The notes under the pieces were generated by a model. The model saw only the letters and a list, made by a program, of their open reading frames with translations. It searched no databases and was not told the origin of the DNA. Shown in pieces: positions 11,499 to 22,339 of a stretch of 64,000 nucleotides of DNA. The stretch is taken from the NCBI GenBank assembly GCA_000091205.1, contig AP006485.2. One strand, written 5' to 3'. Position 1 is the stretch's first letter; each line of letters begins with the position of its first letter. The translations under genes and the position numbers were made by a program. Source of the stretch: Cyanidioschyzon merolae. Lineage: Eukaryota.

Positions 11499-13063
11499 GT
11501 ATTGCGGTGAGCCGTTCTAGTGAGTCCACGAGCGATCATGTCTTCCAACCCGAGAATCATCTCTAGAGTCCGGATGGCTTTCTGGTGTGTGTCCTGGGTT
11601 CTCCAGTGGCACCGGAGAGCTCCCGTTCCGTCGAGGTGTCATCGTCTGGCGGTGATCACCAGCGCCCCTTGAACGTTTTCTCGCCATTAACCGACGCTCA
11701 CCAGCATGTGGCTGCATTATTCGAGCTCCATGTCATACGTGAACCATGAGGTTACCTGAAAGAGCGTCTTGAAATCAGCCAGAGCTTCGTTATCAAGAAA
11801 GAGGGATACATCGACATGACCTGATGGAATGTGACAAGGTCCCGTGGGTAAACTAGGGTTTTTTATAGTTACCGAATGGTATTTGCGCATCCAAAACGCC
11901 TGGATCAGTCGCATCAGTCCTGCTGTCTCAAAGAGAGAATCGTGCCCTCGTAAAGTGCATACCTTGCACAGCCGCTGACACATGCATCAAAAGTCGCCAA
12001 GTTCTAGTCTCTGACACCGTGGTCATTGCTCTGGAAACCCCGCTACGCCCCGTGTTCCTGAGTTCAAGTCGTTCCAATAGATGCTGAGGCAGCATTGCGG
12101 ACAAATCGCTTTACATGGCTATGCAGGTATGTTTATCCTGGTGTACCTTTTCCAAGAGGTGCTGAACGCGCATTTCCGAAAAATCCCTTTACACGACTCT
12201 CCAGTCATATTTATCCTGATCGTCGCCATGCATGATTGGAAGCACAGCACTCAGAGCCACATCGACATGGAAGGACGCGTAATGCTTCAGAGTAACAGCA
12301 ATGCGATGCGGGGGCATGAACCAGTGCTTTGAAAAACACCCAACCTTAACACCTCTCTCAGATGAGTTGTATTTCTCCATTCCAAGGATAACCGAGAGCT
12401 TTGGGTCGCGATATGATCCCCACACTGGTGCGAGGTAGCCATACCGTTCTCGCTCTGCGAAGAAACCGGTCGTTCATGGATACAGAAATAGTATCCAATG
12501 TGTTGAAACGTGTGTCGCATGATGTTCGTCATCGCACAGCGTCTTTGATGCTAAACTACACTGAAGCGAACAGAAGCGTTTAAAGACAAGTTCCAGGATA
12601 AATGAGCTCCACCAGTTGGGTAACTTGTATGCCGAGCCGACCCCATTCGAACGTGTCTCTCTCTGAGGATAGAGGCAGAGATCCGCTCCTTCGGACCTGA
12701 GTGACGTTCGATTCCGCTGGTAGAAGCGGCTCAGGCGGTACTGCGTTGGCCTTGGCGACACCGTCTCCACCTTTGAGTATACGTAGCGCTTTGCGGGGCG
12801 TCTTACAGTTTCGCGCTTCGCGAACAAGACTCCTTTCGGTTCCGTTTCGTGCTACTGGCGAGTGCTGCTGCGTTCGCTTCAGCTGGTGCAACAGCGCGTC
12901 GGCACGAGTTTCGGGAACGAAAATGCTACGCTTGGGTTTCCTGCTGGGGCCGTTCGCTCCTAGTCACCGAACCTGCCCCTTTTCGAACTTTCAACGAGTC
13001 TACAGGGCAACGAGCAACGCTGAACGTGTTTTTCTGTTTCGCACCGGGAGGGCAAGTCTATCC

Positions 13064-13342
13064 ATGAGTGGCTGGGCACGAGGCTCCGTCGTGGACGTGG
13101 TTGAACAGCGAATCAGAGACGCGCTTAAACCGCAGAGCATTCGCGTGGAACCGACCTACGGTGACCCGAACGGCACGCACGTGAGCATCCGGGTTGTTGG
13201 GGACTGTTTTCGAGGCAAGCGACCTGTAGCTCGGCACCAGCTGGTGTACCGTGCCATCTGGAAGGAGATGGACGCAGGTCTCATTCACGCTGTTGATTCT
13301 TTGGAGACGTTGACCCCGGAAGAGGAGGGAGAAGGCAAGTGA
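13064..13342 (+). CDS. BolA-like protein
   Basis: 92-aa segment MSGWARGSVVDVVEQRIRDALKPQSIRVEPTYGDPNGTHVSIRVVGDCFRGKRPVARHQLVYRAIWKEMDAGLIHAVDSLETLTPEE matches the BolA fold pattern (H..v.v.S..F.GK..v.RHrlVY..l..e...giHAl...T.TPEE). The longer 213-aa ORF (12701-13342) is an in-frame upstream read-through. Confidence 0.7.
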   Translation: MSGWARGSVVDVVEQRIRDALKPQSIRVEPTYGDPNGTHVSIRVVGDCFRGKRPVARHQLVYRAIWKEMDAGLIHAVDSLETLTPEEEGEGK

Positions 13343-14780
13343 TGAACGAGCGCATTATTGGAACCATGGTACAGCAAAAGAGATCCAGAAACAGGTAAAG
13401 TCTCGAGGACGGGCGTCACCATGACCTTTGTCCATGAATGGGTCGCTTCTTCCACGGAGAAAAGTGGGCGGCATTGGAGCATGCCCATCCATACGCCTTC
13501 TAAACAAACGATCACGTATTCAGGATGTGTCGGGTCACTCGCTCCCACAGAGCATAGTACAGCATTCGTCCGGACATGGAAGGCACAGGCGTTGGAAGAC
13601 GCCAATGCCTAAAGCGACCTAGTGCTGCCTGGTGGTACCCCTGACGACGCTGTGCGAGTCGGCGCTCTGGACCTGTTCGCGAACGCTCATGTTCGGCAGT
13701 GGCTGTCGTACCCTCTGTTGTCGCTGCATCTGAAGGTTTAGGTTCTAGAGATTTTGTTCTCGTGCTCTAGAGTCGCGCTCACGAACCGGGCACTGTGCAG
13801 CGACCATCTCAGCGGCAAGCCTTGCTCGTACGGCCAAGTCCTAGATTCCCTAGTCATCATGGCGCTCTTGCGATGGTTCATGGTAAAAACTGCAAGAATA
13901 TTTCGGCAATATTTCTCCGCGAAAGCTAGGTTTAAACTGTAAACATAAGCATGAACGGCATCTCACGCTGAACGCGGTTTCCTGACAACTTGACGACCAC
14001 CAGTGTCTGGCGAAGCGCAGCAAGCACATGCAAAGCGTCATCCATGGAAAGCACTGCTTTCCACGTCGGGTGACCAGAGCTAGGAGCGCCCCAAACATTA
14101 CTCCATGCGTCCTCGCAAATCACACACAAGCACTTGAACGTATTAGGTCAAGGGTCTTCTCTACATCATTTAGTTTCAAAGGACGATGTCATCCGTACAC
14201 CAGGACGCTTACTGGGTTTCCAGCTCACTATCTAGCTTGCGTACATCCGCAGATGACGTGAAACGTTCACAGTGCTCTGCGTCGACTACGGCGTTCACGC
14301 CCGTTCAGGGAGACTATCTGACCGCTCTGTGCAAGTGACGTCCGAACAAAAACGTGCCAGCTTGGTGTAAGAATTCTCTCAGACAAAGAGAATCGCACGG
14401 GTACCGATGTCGAGCGACAAACCCAGCGGTACCTGCGCTCACAGGAAACAATGCTCAGGTGCGTTTCTTTGGAAAAGCGCAGCGCGGTGGACCAGTGGGG
14501 AGCCAGTCCTCAGGAGTCTCGTTAGCGTCACCATCAGTAGTGAGAGCGCTTGCCATTGCTTGACAACGCACGCTTGGAGTCTGCATCGGGGACACACCGC
14601 CAGCCTTGCGTAATATGGCCGTTTTCATAGTGCTCCCCGGAAATCGTGTCAAGACGGCTACCATGGAACCATTTATCTCTGGTGATCACAGTACCTTGCT
14701 GCTTGCGCACTGCAGCCACACTGCGCACTCGATAATTGTATTTGCACACATACACATTGTATGCTAGTCTGTGCATATCG

Positions 14781-14784
<4 letters not shown>

Positions 14785-14811
<27 letters not shown>

Positions 14812-14932
14812 CCAAAGCCATCAAGTGGATCATGGAACAAGAGGGCAGCGCGAGCAACACTGGACGTCGAGCATTGCGAACCTGCCACGCGATCCATCCC
14901 GTGCGTTGCTGCTGCTGCTGCTGCTGCTGCTG
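14785..14932. repeat. compound microsatellite: (TATG)7 at 14785-14811 and (GCT)9 at 14905-14932
   Basis: gtatgtatgtatgtatgtatgtatg ... gttgctgctgctgctgctgctgctgctgag. Confidence 0.9.
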
Positions 14933-15000
14933 AGTTTCCCCTGGTATCGTTCAACGTTGTTTCAAGGTGTTTTGCCTAGTTCCCTGTCGACACTGACTGA

Positions 15001-15666
15001 TTGAGATGTCTCATGCCTCGTTCGCAGGCACGCGAGCTGCTACAACGCATCGGAGACTGGCTCCTGTCTCGGCGTCTGGTCGGCACGGACGAAGCCGGGA
15101 ATCGCTACTATGAAGCATACCGAGGTGCCGGTTTGCCGCTGCGACGCTACCGCGAGCGGCCTAGTCGCAGCAACTGGTTTTCGGCAGCTTCAGGTACAGA
15201 CTATGCTGGTGAGGGTGCAGACTCTGTGAACATCCTCTGGTGGCAATGGTTGATTGGTGCGCGCACGCAGCCGCCAAGCGCGGAGGAGTTGGTACACCTC
15301 GAGCGCCAGCAGGCACAGGTACGTGAACGAGTTGCAGCTCTGGCCGAGAAAGAACGTAGTGCTTTGGAAACAGAGCAGCTGAACGTGCTGAGTGTTCACG
15401 AGCGGGTGGCAGTGCTGTCGAAAAATTCGCGGAAGAGTTACGGGCGGGCGCAGGTCACCCCAGTGAGTGCAGAGGCGCTACTGGCGACGGGCACTGTTTA
15501 CCGTGAATGGACGAGTGCGTACGCGGAAAAGCCGGTTACGAGTGACGGCGGCGTGGACGGAGTTTCATCCCGGGAGCAAGCTAGTTCAGGTAAAACAAGC
15601 GTCGAGGCGACGTCGACGCAGGAACCTCCTATCTGGATCTCGAATCGTCGACGGCCTCGAACGTGA
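15001..15666 (+). CDS. NDUFA12-family protein, most like complex I assembly factor NDUFAF2 (mimitin)
   Basis: The N-terminus ELLQRIGDWLLSRRLVGTDEAGNRYYE...RRYRERPSRSNW...NILWWQWLIGARTQPPSAEE follows the NDUFA12/NDUFAF2 signature (vGtD.fGNkYYe ... W..Wl..t...PPt.eE). The long coiled C-terminal extension is as in NDUFAF2. Confidence 0.6.
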   Translation: MRCLMPRSQARELLQRIGDWLLSRRLVGTDEAGNRYYEAYRGAGLPLRRYRERPSRSNWFSAASGTDYAGEGADSVNILWWQWLIGARTQPPSAEELVHLERQQAQVRERVAALAEKERSALETEQLNVLSVHERVAVLSKNSRKSYGRAQVTPVSAEALLATGTVYREWTSAYAEKPVTSDGGVDGVSSREQASSGKTSVEATSTQEPPIWISNRRRPRT

Positions 15667-16526
15667 AGTGCTCAGCGTGAAGCTATGAGGTAGTCGCAGG
15701 TGACCCAGGAGCGTGCCTTTTTCCCTGCACCATGGACACTGTGCAATATGGAAATAGTCGCTGGAGCGCGCCCTCGTTATGTTTTGCGGCCATGACGTGC
15801 TCGTCTACGCTACAATGCCGCTGGCAAGCCATGCTGGCGCGCTTGTCCCAGTCAGTCTACACGGGAGCGCTCCAGGGCGTCAAAGGTACCATGACCAAGG
15901 CCAATGGACATCAAACGGAAACGAGAATCCCCCGCCGAACCACGCATCGCTTGTCGGAAACCTGTGTAGCGAAAGGCCTCGGTGGTGGACACCTCCATAC
16001 AAAGCGCATGTTTCCAGAAGCCGCTGCGTAACAGCTCGGGTTTGTCGCGTGCTCTGCGTTCGGGAAAGCGATTGTATGATGCCCAGGGTACCTGTATTGG
16101 GAGGTGCATCGTCCTGCACACATCGCACAGGTCATATATTCGTACGCATCCCCGTTGCGTATGGTCAATGTGCGGAGCAATATGTAGAGCGAAAGCCATT
16201 GTCCAGAACAAATCCACAACCTGCATGAACGGAACAACATACACGTGCATCCCTTTACGAGGAATACGACGTGAATGCTGAATACATTGCGGATCGAGCT
16301 CGTGGAGCGACCGTCTCGCAACGCTCCTGCGATACTTTAAGGTACGCAAGGAATCGCCTGTGGACGTGACCTAGGCATGCGAGAAACGGTCTTGCGCAAG
16401 CGGCCTCAGTCAGCCTGCTTTCGCGTTATCGGAAACCTCTCTGATTCGCATGTCGCGTTTCGATCATTTGTACATGGTAAACAAAAACAGTGCTTGCGGA
16501 AAGCACTCCATACCTTGCGTTCGAGT

Positions 16527-19100
16527 TCATTGTTTCTGTGCCATTGGCGTTGCACCTGGTGCCGCGGGGCTCCCCGGAGAGGCGCGCTTGCTCCGGTCTG
16601 GTTTGTTTCTCCATGCCAGGTTCTTCGGTTCTACGTACGTACCAGCTTCAAAATCGTACTCCAAATCCGTCTCGGCCTCTGAGTCGCTGTCACATGCAGG
16701 TTCTGCTGGCGGGACACCTGTCGTTGGCTGACTGGATGTTTCAGGACGAGGCTGCTGGGAGCTGTCGGACTCGGAGGATGAAGAGGTTGCCCCAGGCACT
16801 AACGGTGGTTCGGTTCCTTGCAGTTGGTCCGGATCCTGAACACGAAGCTGCCCATGTGGAGCTCGAGTGTTCCCCTCAGAATCGGCACGAGTTTCGTCCT
16901 GTTCCCGTGTCTGCACCGAAGCATTTCCGTGTTCAGCGTGTGCGGATGCGTCTCGTCTGACGTCTCGCTCTGGTAATGTTTCTGAGAAGGAGGAGGAGGA
17001 GGAGGAGGCCATCGTTGCCTCGGCCGCCCCTGTGCGCAACTGCAGTGTCTCCGTTTCTGGCAGCGCATGCGGCGAACCTGGGGGCGTCGCGTTCGTGACT
17101 GCCTGCTCCGTGCACCACGAGGACGGTCTGGGGCTAGTCGCGGAGCGTGCCTCGTCTACTTTGGAGGTACCGGTCACGTTCGCTGCACGCTGCTGACCAG
17201 AAGCAGCGACGGACGCAGATTTGGTTATCGCTCCACCGGTGAAGACGACTGCATCGGCATACGCAGACTCGTCAATGTCGCGGTACTGGATGAGATGGGG
17301 ATTCCGTTTGCGGCTCGCGAGCAGTTCCGGCGGGATCGAGTAGTGCCACTTCTTGTCCTGGCCACGTATGAGCAGCGGTTGGCGGTGCTCGTTATCCACA
17401 AACACATCTGTCTCATCCAAAACCTCCTCTTTGATCATCTCTTCAACGATATCTTCCAAGGTGACAATGCCCAGAAATCGCCTGGTGCCGTGATCCGCTG
17501 GAGGTTCCAGACTCTCCACCACAATCGCCATGTGAGATCGCCCAACCTGAAACTCGTTCAAAAGATCCAGCAAATTGCACTGCTTGGATACGTATACGGG
17601 GCTCACAACCTTTTTCTTGTGGCTGCGTTTTTTTCGACGAATAATCGCTCGAATAGGCAGTGCTTTGTTCGGATCGACGAGAAGCAACTGTTTCACCAAC
17701 AGGATAGCAATGATGTTATCGCGACAGCCGTCATAGATGGGGATTCGTGAATGACCCAGCCGCAGGATGCGTTTCAGTAATCGACGATCGAGACAATCAT
17801 CAACCGAGAGACAGAACACGTCATCGGCCTTGGTCATGATCTGAAACACAGTCTTCGATGATAATTCTAGAATACCGACCAGCATGGATGCCTCATCGGC
17901 GGAAAGCACGCTAAATCCAGAAGGGCGTCCTCCGTCTGAGGCAACAGCCGGTGCTCGCTCGGTACCAGTAGACGCAGCACGCTCCCAGCTGGTACCGAAC
18001 GACTTGTCGGCAACGGCATTTGAACCCACGTTCGGACTGTCTCTTCGAACTGCCTGTGTCGAAGACGCTCTGGGCATCGTCGATGACGTTGACGCGTAGC
18101 CAGGCGAAGGCTCCTGGATCCGCAGCTCGGTGCGTTCAGCTCCAGCTGCAACGACAGGAGCCCACTCCAGGTCCGGAGCATCCGGAGATGCCACTGTGCC
18201 TGAACCTGCTGCTGCTGCTGCTCCTGGTGCTGGTGTTGCGGCTCTGGTGACGCCCGCTGGTCCGTGCATCTGGATCAGAGCCTTGAGTCGATCGCGATCG
18301 TAACCCGTACGCAGCTCCTTGCCCAGCATTTTGTCAAGCATCCAAGCAGCTGGGGCAGCCACTGGCCAAAAAATCGTCATCAGGGTTCTTGTGAAGCCAG
18401 CGGTGGCAGCGCCCACCTTCAGTCCATATCGACTGCAGACTGCCTGTGGCAGGACTTCTCCGAAAACAACCACGCTCACTACAGAGAGCACCAGGGCGGC
18501 GTATCCGCCAGGAAATAGGGTATCGAGCACGAGAGGCAGTAGCTCATTCGCAAGCGTGTTGGTCAGCAGCAACGTTACCAACAGTTGGTTTCCCTTCGCC
18601 CGCAACGGGGCAATAGCCCGAGCTGCGGATTTTTCCTCCGGATTCGCCCCAGAAACCGCCAGGAGTTCCAATTGAAACAAGTCAAGAGACATGAGGCCCA
18701 GAGTAAGGCCCGCCATGAGTGCACCCAGCAAGATGCAACTCAGCGCCAAAACGAATAGAAGCGGACGCGGAACCGCCTCCAACCATGAAGCCGCTTGCGC
18801 TAACTCATCATCCGGCGTGCGCTGAAGCTTGGACGCCCAGCACACCCACAACAGGTACTTAGCCCCGCTGCAGGTAAGCAGCGGTAGTGGCATGCTGGCA
18901 AGGCGCGCGTCCAGCACCGTTCCCCGGTAACGACTTCGTCTCTGGACAAGGGTCACCGCCAAAGTGACCGCTTGCCCCGTTCCACGGTGTATGGGAACGT
19001 TCCACTCAATTGGAGTGCTCTGGAAGCTGCCTCCAGCCGCAGCTGAGTAGACGCGGGTACCAACGTGCTCTCCCTGCGGACCTGTGGTCGCTCTCAGCAC
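16527..19100 (-). CDS. CNNM/Mam3-type metal transporter (DUF21 transmembrane domain + CBS pair) with long low-complexity termini
   Basis: 857-aa ORF. The DUF21 block is LMAGLTLGLMSLDLFQLELLAVSGANPEEKSAARAIAPLRAKGNQLLVTLLLTNTLANELLPLVLD. It is followed by CBS-pair sequence (TVFQIMTKADDVFCLSVDDCLDRRLLKRILRLGHSRIPIY ... IVTLEDIVEEMI). (GCT)n and (GAG)n runs are encoded as poly-A/S/E. Confidence 0.8.
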   Translation of the reverse strand: MLRATTGPQGEHVGTRVYSAAAGGSFQSTPIEWNVPIHRGTGQAVTLAVTLVQRRSRYRGTVLDARLASMPLPLLTCSGAKYLLWVCWASKLQRTPDDELAQAASWLEAVPRPLLFVLALSCILLGALMAGLTLGLMSLDLFQLELLAVSGANPEEKSAARAIAPLRAKGNQLLVTLLLTNTLANELLPLVLDTLFPGGYAALVLSVVSVVVFGEVLPQAVCSRYGLKVGAATAGFTRTLMTIFWPVAAPAAWMLDKMLGKELRTGYDRDRLKALIQMHGPAGVTRAATPAPGAAAAAGSGTVASPDAPDLEWAPVVAAGAERTELRIQEPSPGYASTSSTMPRASSTQAVRRDSPNVGSNAVADKSFGTSWERAASTGTERAPAVASDGGRPSGFSVLSADEASMLVGILELSSKTVFQIMTKADDVFCLSVDDCLDRRLLKRILRLGHSRIPIYDGCRDNIIAILLVKQLLLVDPNKALPIRAIIRRKKRSHKKKVVSPVYVSKQCNLLDLLNEFQVGRSHMAIVVESLEPPADHGTRRFLGIVTLEDIVEEMIKEEVLDETDVFVDNEHRQPLLIRGQDKKWHYSIPPELLASRKRNPHLIQYRDIDESAYADAVVFTGGAITKSASVAASGQQRAANVTGTSKVDEARSATSPRPSSWCTEQAVTNATPPGSPHALPETETLQLRTGAAEATMASSSSSSFSETLPERDVRRDASAHAEHGNASVQTREQDETRADSEGNTRAPHGQLRVQDPDQLQGTEPPLVPGATSSSSESDSSQQPRPETSSQPTTGVPPAEPACDSDSEAETDLEYDFEAGTYVEPKNLAWRNKPDRSKRASPGSPAAPGATPMAQKQ

Positions 19101-19130
19101 TTCTACAGCAAACAGGGCGCTGGCGCTTGT

Positions 19131-19160
19131 GGCTGCTGCTGCTGCTGCTGCTGCTGCTGC
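19131..19160. repeat. (GCT)10 microsatellite just upstream of the CNNM ORF
   Basis: gctgctgctgctgctgctgctgctgctgcg. Confidence 0.9.
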
Positions 19161-19306
19161 GCATCCCGACTAGTCGCGGGACCTGTACGGGTGTCGATGG
19201 TATTTCAGGCATCCTACGCACCGGAATGTGTCGTTTTCAACATGGACGCACACGCTATATTTTGGATGTCTTCTCACTGTTTTGGACATGAGCCGTTGTG
19301 GCCTCT

Positions 19307-20056
19307 TTACGACAGTGTCCTTTTCCTATCTCTCATCTGAGGCTCGGCATTCGCCAGTTTATCGCATCCCTCTACCGCTATCTTCAACAGTCGCTGGATA
19401 TTGATGGCTGCGTTAAAGTCTCGATTTCGCTGCTTGGGGCATTTCTCGAAACCTATGATGTCGAGATGGTCGTTGCGATCAACGCTTCGCGTGACATGCT
19501 CATCTTGTTTGCATACGGTATCAGAGAACGCTGAGCGACCGTGACTCAGATGTCTAGCGGGGTCTTGCTTTACGACCAGCAGGTATGCTTCTCCGAGAAT
19601 CGCATTGTGGTACGTGAACGCCTGCTTCATGATTCGTTCCTTGCTCTTGACGGGCACAGGAGGTTCCATTCGTTTTCTATTTTCGTTTCCGTTTCTGGTG
19701 CCGTACCCTAGGGTCATTTTTTGTCTAGGCGATCCCGTTTACGAGAACTCTGTTTGGTATGCACGCAAGCGGGCGTTACTCCACTCGTTTGAGGATTCTT
19801 GGAACGAGATGCTGTCCGTGATGAAACAAGTTCTGGAACTACGATCCAGAACGGAGATCAAGTTGTGAATTTTCCATTCCTCTACGCTTTCTTCGTCGAA
19901 AGCGGTAACGCATTCACCACTGGAAGCGATCGCTGCGACGGCTGATTTCCGAATGCAACAGCCTTTGCCATGCAAACAGAAGAGACGTGAGCTTCTGCGG
20001 ACATATCTCGTGAGAGCCCTCATGCCGGTGACCAGGTTGGATTCGCAGGCGGCCAC
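19307..20056 (-). mobile_element. decayed TnpB/Fanzor-like (RuvC-type transposon nuclease) gene fragment, copy A; the upstream extent is uncertain
   Basis: The minus-strand ORF 19307-19717 ends ...VCKQDEHVTRSVDRNDHLDIIGFEKCPKQRNRDFNAAINIQRLL. The RuvC-III signature RDFNAAINI is encoded at 19397-19423, with its nucleotides near-identical to copy D. The next minus-strand ORF fragment (19739-20056) has RLFCLHGKGCC..., which resembles RLVIACGAGRW... upstream of copy D. The frames are broken. Confidence 0.55.
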
Positions 20057-20173
20057 AATGGGCGTTGGATTCGCCTTTCAAACGGAAACGATCGTTTCGT
20101 TGTGACTGGTGCAGAGAGGCCTCGGCATGAGCTTACGATCAAGTCACCAACGGCTGACGTCGACTATTTTTCG

Positions 20174-20692
20174 TCATCCATCCATCCATCCAGCCGTGCG
20201 AATCGCTGCGACCACGAGTCGCCTTGGAACACACAAGATCGAGGCATTGAAAAAGGCATGATTTGAGCGTGCTCCATATAAGGGATGGGGAAGTATGGCT
20301 GCTTGTACGCATGAATTGGATAATGACAGGGGCTTTTTTACGAACGCTTCTTCGACGGCGTGGCGAATGCTCTGGATTTCAGTGACTCGACGATTCCCAG
20401 CCACGGAGCGTTGAAGTGGCCACTCAGAAAAGATGACCAAGAATCCTGTAAAAACTCGCGAATATCCGAGCCTTTGTTGCTGCACTTTGAATATCGAGGC
20501 TGGGAATCTATAATAAACTCCGGAGAATCCAAAGACGGGAACAGCGTAACCAGTGCCGTCTTCGATTTCCATCGAGATCGATGAGACTTTTTTTTCTGTC
20601 CGATAGGCCCAAACTAGCGTCGCTGGAATCTGCGGGCTGTCTGAACAACCAGCGATGAATCCCCTCTGATGACGGATACCATTCGGATCCAA
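20174..20692 (-). CDS. hypothetical protein (172 aa) diverging from MRPL53; it could instead be further 5' debris of Fanzor-like copy A
   Basis: The ORF alone; I recognise no motif. It is head-to-head with the 20929 gene. Confidence 0.25.
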   Translation of the reverse strand: MDPNGIRHQRGFIAGCSDSPQIPATLVWAYRTEKKVSSISMEIEDGTGYAVPVFGFSGVYYRFPASIFKVQQQRLGYSRVFTGFLVIFSEWPLQRSVAGNRRVTEIQSIRHAVEEAFVKKPLSLSNSCVQAAILPHPLYGARSNHAFFNASILCVPRRLVVAAIRTAGWMDG

Positions 20693-20928
20693 GCGTGACT
20701 TTGTGGATCAAATACTATCAGTCATAGATAAATCTTGTCCAGCGGCTGGATAACCACGGGCTGCGTTCTGGCCGACGTGCGCCAGTTTCGGCTGTTCAGG
20801 TCGTTTCGTACACAGCGCTGGTGCGCGCTCTCGTCAGCTGGAACAACTGACTGAGCCCGTCATTCGTGTGGCGGTAGCGCTGGACGCGTGGAGGTTAGAT
20901 CACAGCGCTTGATGCTCCAACACAGACA
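20693..20928. promoter_or_regulatory. putative bidirectional promoter interval between divergent ORFs
   Basis: 236-bp gap between the start codons of oppositely oriented ORFs. This is inference only. Confidence 0.25.
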
Positions 20929-21306
20929 ATGGGACAACTTGGTGTCGCATTGCGTACGCTCCGTTCCAACGTGAACCTCTTCCGGGCTATAGCCAAGTGC
21001 CAGGTGGCTTTCGATCCCTACGATTATCGTTCCGTGAGCGCACGCGAGTTCTTGCGGCGTGTGAATAGTCCGCGCGTTCGACGAGCGAACCCGCGTCTCG
21101 TGGTTGAGGCTACTGTTCGAGACGGCGGTGGCTCTGGAGGCGCCGAGCTCGTCATCAGCTTCCTTGACGGGAGAACGCTGACGCTTCAGCCGCTGGATGT
21201 GGATGTGAAAACGATTGAACGTGAGATTGCGCTGAATATTCCTGTTCTAACTATTTACAAGCTATTTGAAGAGGAGACCTCGGGGTCAGCGGGCTTCAAG
21301 GGATAG
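20929..21306 (+). CDS. mitochondrial ribosomal protein L53 (MRPL53/Mrpl44)-like
   Basis: 125-aa ORF. CQVAFDPYDYRSVSAREFLRRVNSPRVRRANPRLVVEATVRDGGGSGGAELVISFLDGRTLTLQPLDVDVKTIEREI parallels human MRPL53 [72 protein letters not shown]. Confidence 0.55.
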   Translation: MGQLGVALRTLRSNVNLFRAIAKCQVAFDPYDYRSVSAREFLRRVNSPRVRRANPRLVVEATVRDGGGSGGAELVISFLDGRTLTLQPLDVDVKTIEREIALNIPVLTIYKLFEEETSGSAGFKG

Positions 21307-22339
21307 TGGAGCGAGTACGCTGCTTCGTGGGCGAACTTGTTTGGGCGCGCCGCGCGATTGTCGCGTGATCACAAGGGACTGCATACGTTACTGTGCGTTT
21401 CGTGGCCAGTGACGAGCGGTTACGCATTGGGCAGAGTTCCGCTATCCGTCAGCGTGCCAGCCAAACAGGCAGCTAACATGGAAGTCAGCCTGCTTGTTCG
21501 ATTGTCAGCGGTCCGGGTAGCACGCAACCACCCCGGCGTTGTGCACCGTGGCCCACGGCATCGTTCGCAGAGCCGAACGTGACGCCCAAAGCACCATGAG
21601 CCGCATTTTGTCAGCACATGCCAAATAGCTCGCAGACCTGCGTGCAGTTCGTCGGATATGCATAGACGAAAACCCGTGGACAATGCGCCAGGTGGCAAGT
21701 TTCTCCTTTGCATAGGTGCGCAGTGCCATACAAACGCTGGCGTCTATGACGACACGCTATACGCACTTGCTCCATTGGAAACCTATTTCGATACATAAAA
21801 CAGCGAGGGCGCTTTTGTGCCGAACGCTGCGGCTCTGGTGGCGTTACCTGAGTCTATGCGGCGGTGTCGTCGGCTGCAACACTTTTGGAGCGCGCACTGC
21901 TCCGCCCGTGCAACACAGAGTTTTCTGTGCCATTTACGCTATAGCTGCGCAATCGCGTCTGACTGCTGCCTAGTAATCGTTATAGGAACTGAACACGTCT
22001 TCACGCGGGCAAGCACTGTAGCTGCAACGCAACTGACCAGCAGCGAACTCTTGTGCATGTATTCGCAATCAAAATGGACAGTGTCCGTTTCTCGAAACGA
22101 ATGCGATGATGTTTCCGCGCACTCGCAAAAAGAAAACATACCGCACTTTGCACGTGTTACCATGGCTCTCGTGCGCGGACTCTAGACTAGTGCACCAGCG
22201 TTGCATTGATCCAGAGTATACGCTCAAGATGCGTCCCATGGTACGCGATGATTTATCAGCCTGCTGACGCCTACGGCCAAGGCGACGATAACCACCTGGG
22301 ATACGCGCTCACGGACTGGATTCTGTATAAAATACGACA

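Noticed and set aside
10857-11560. Three overlapping minus-strand ORFs (84-88 aa) with a repeated peptide TLIHHRPAKHMRRFCFSYLFPKSGLFANADTSS
   Set aside because: They lie entirely inside the 82-bp tandem array. Their repetition and openness are consequences of the DNA repeat, not evidence of a coding gene.
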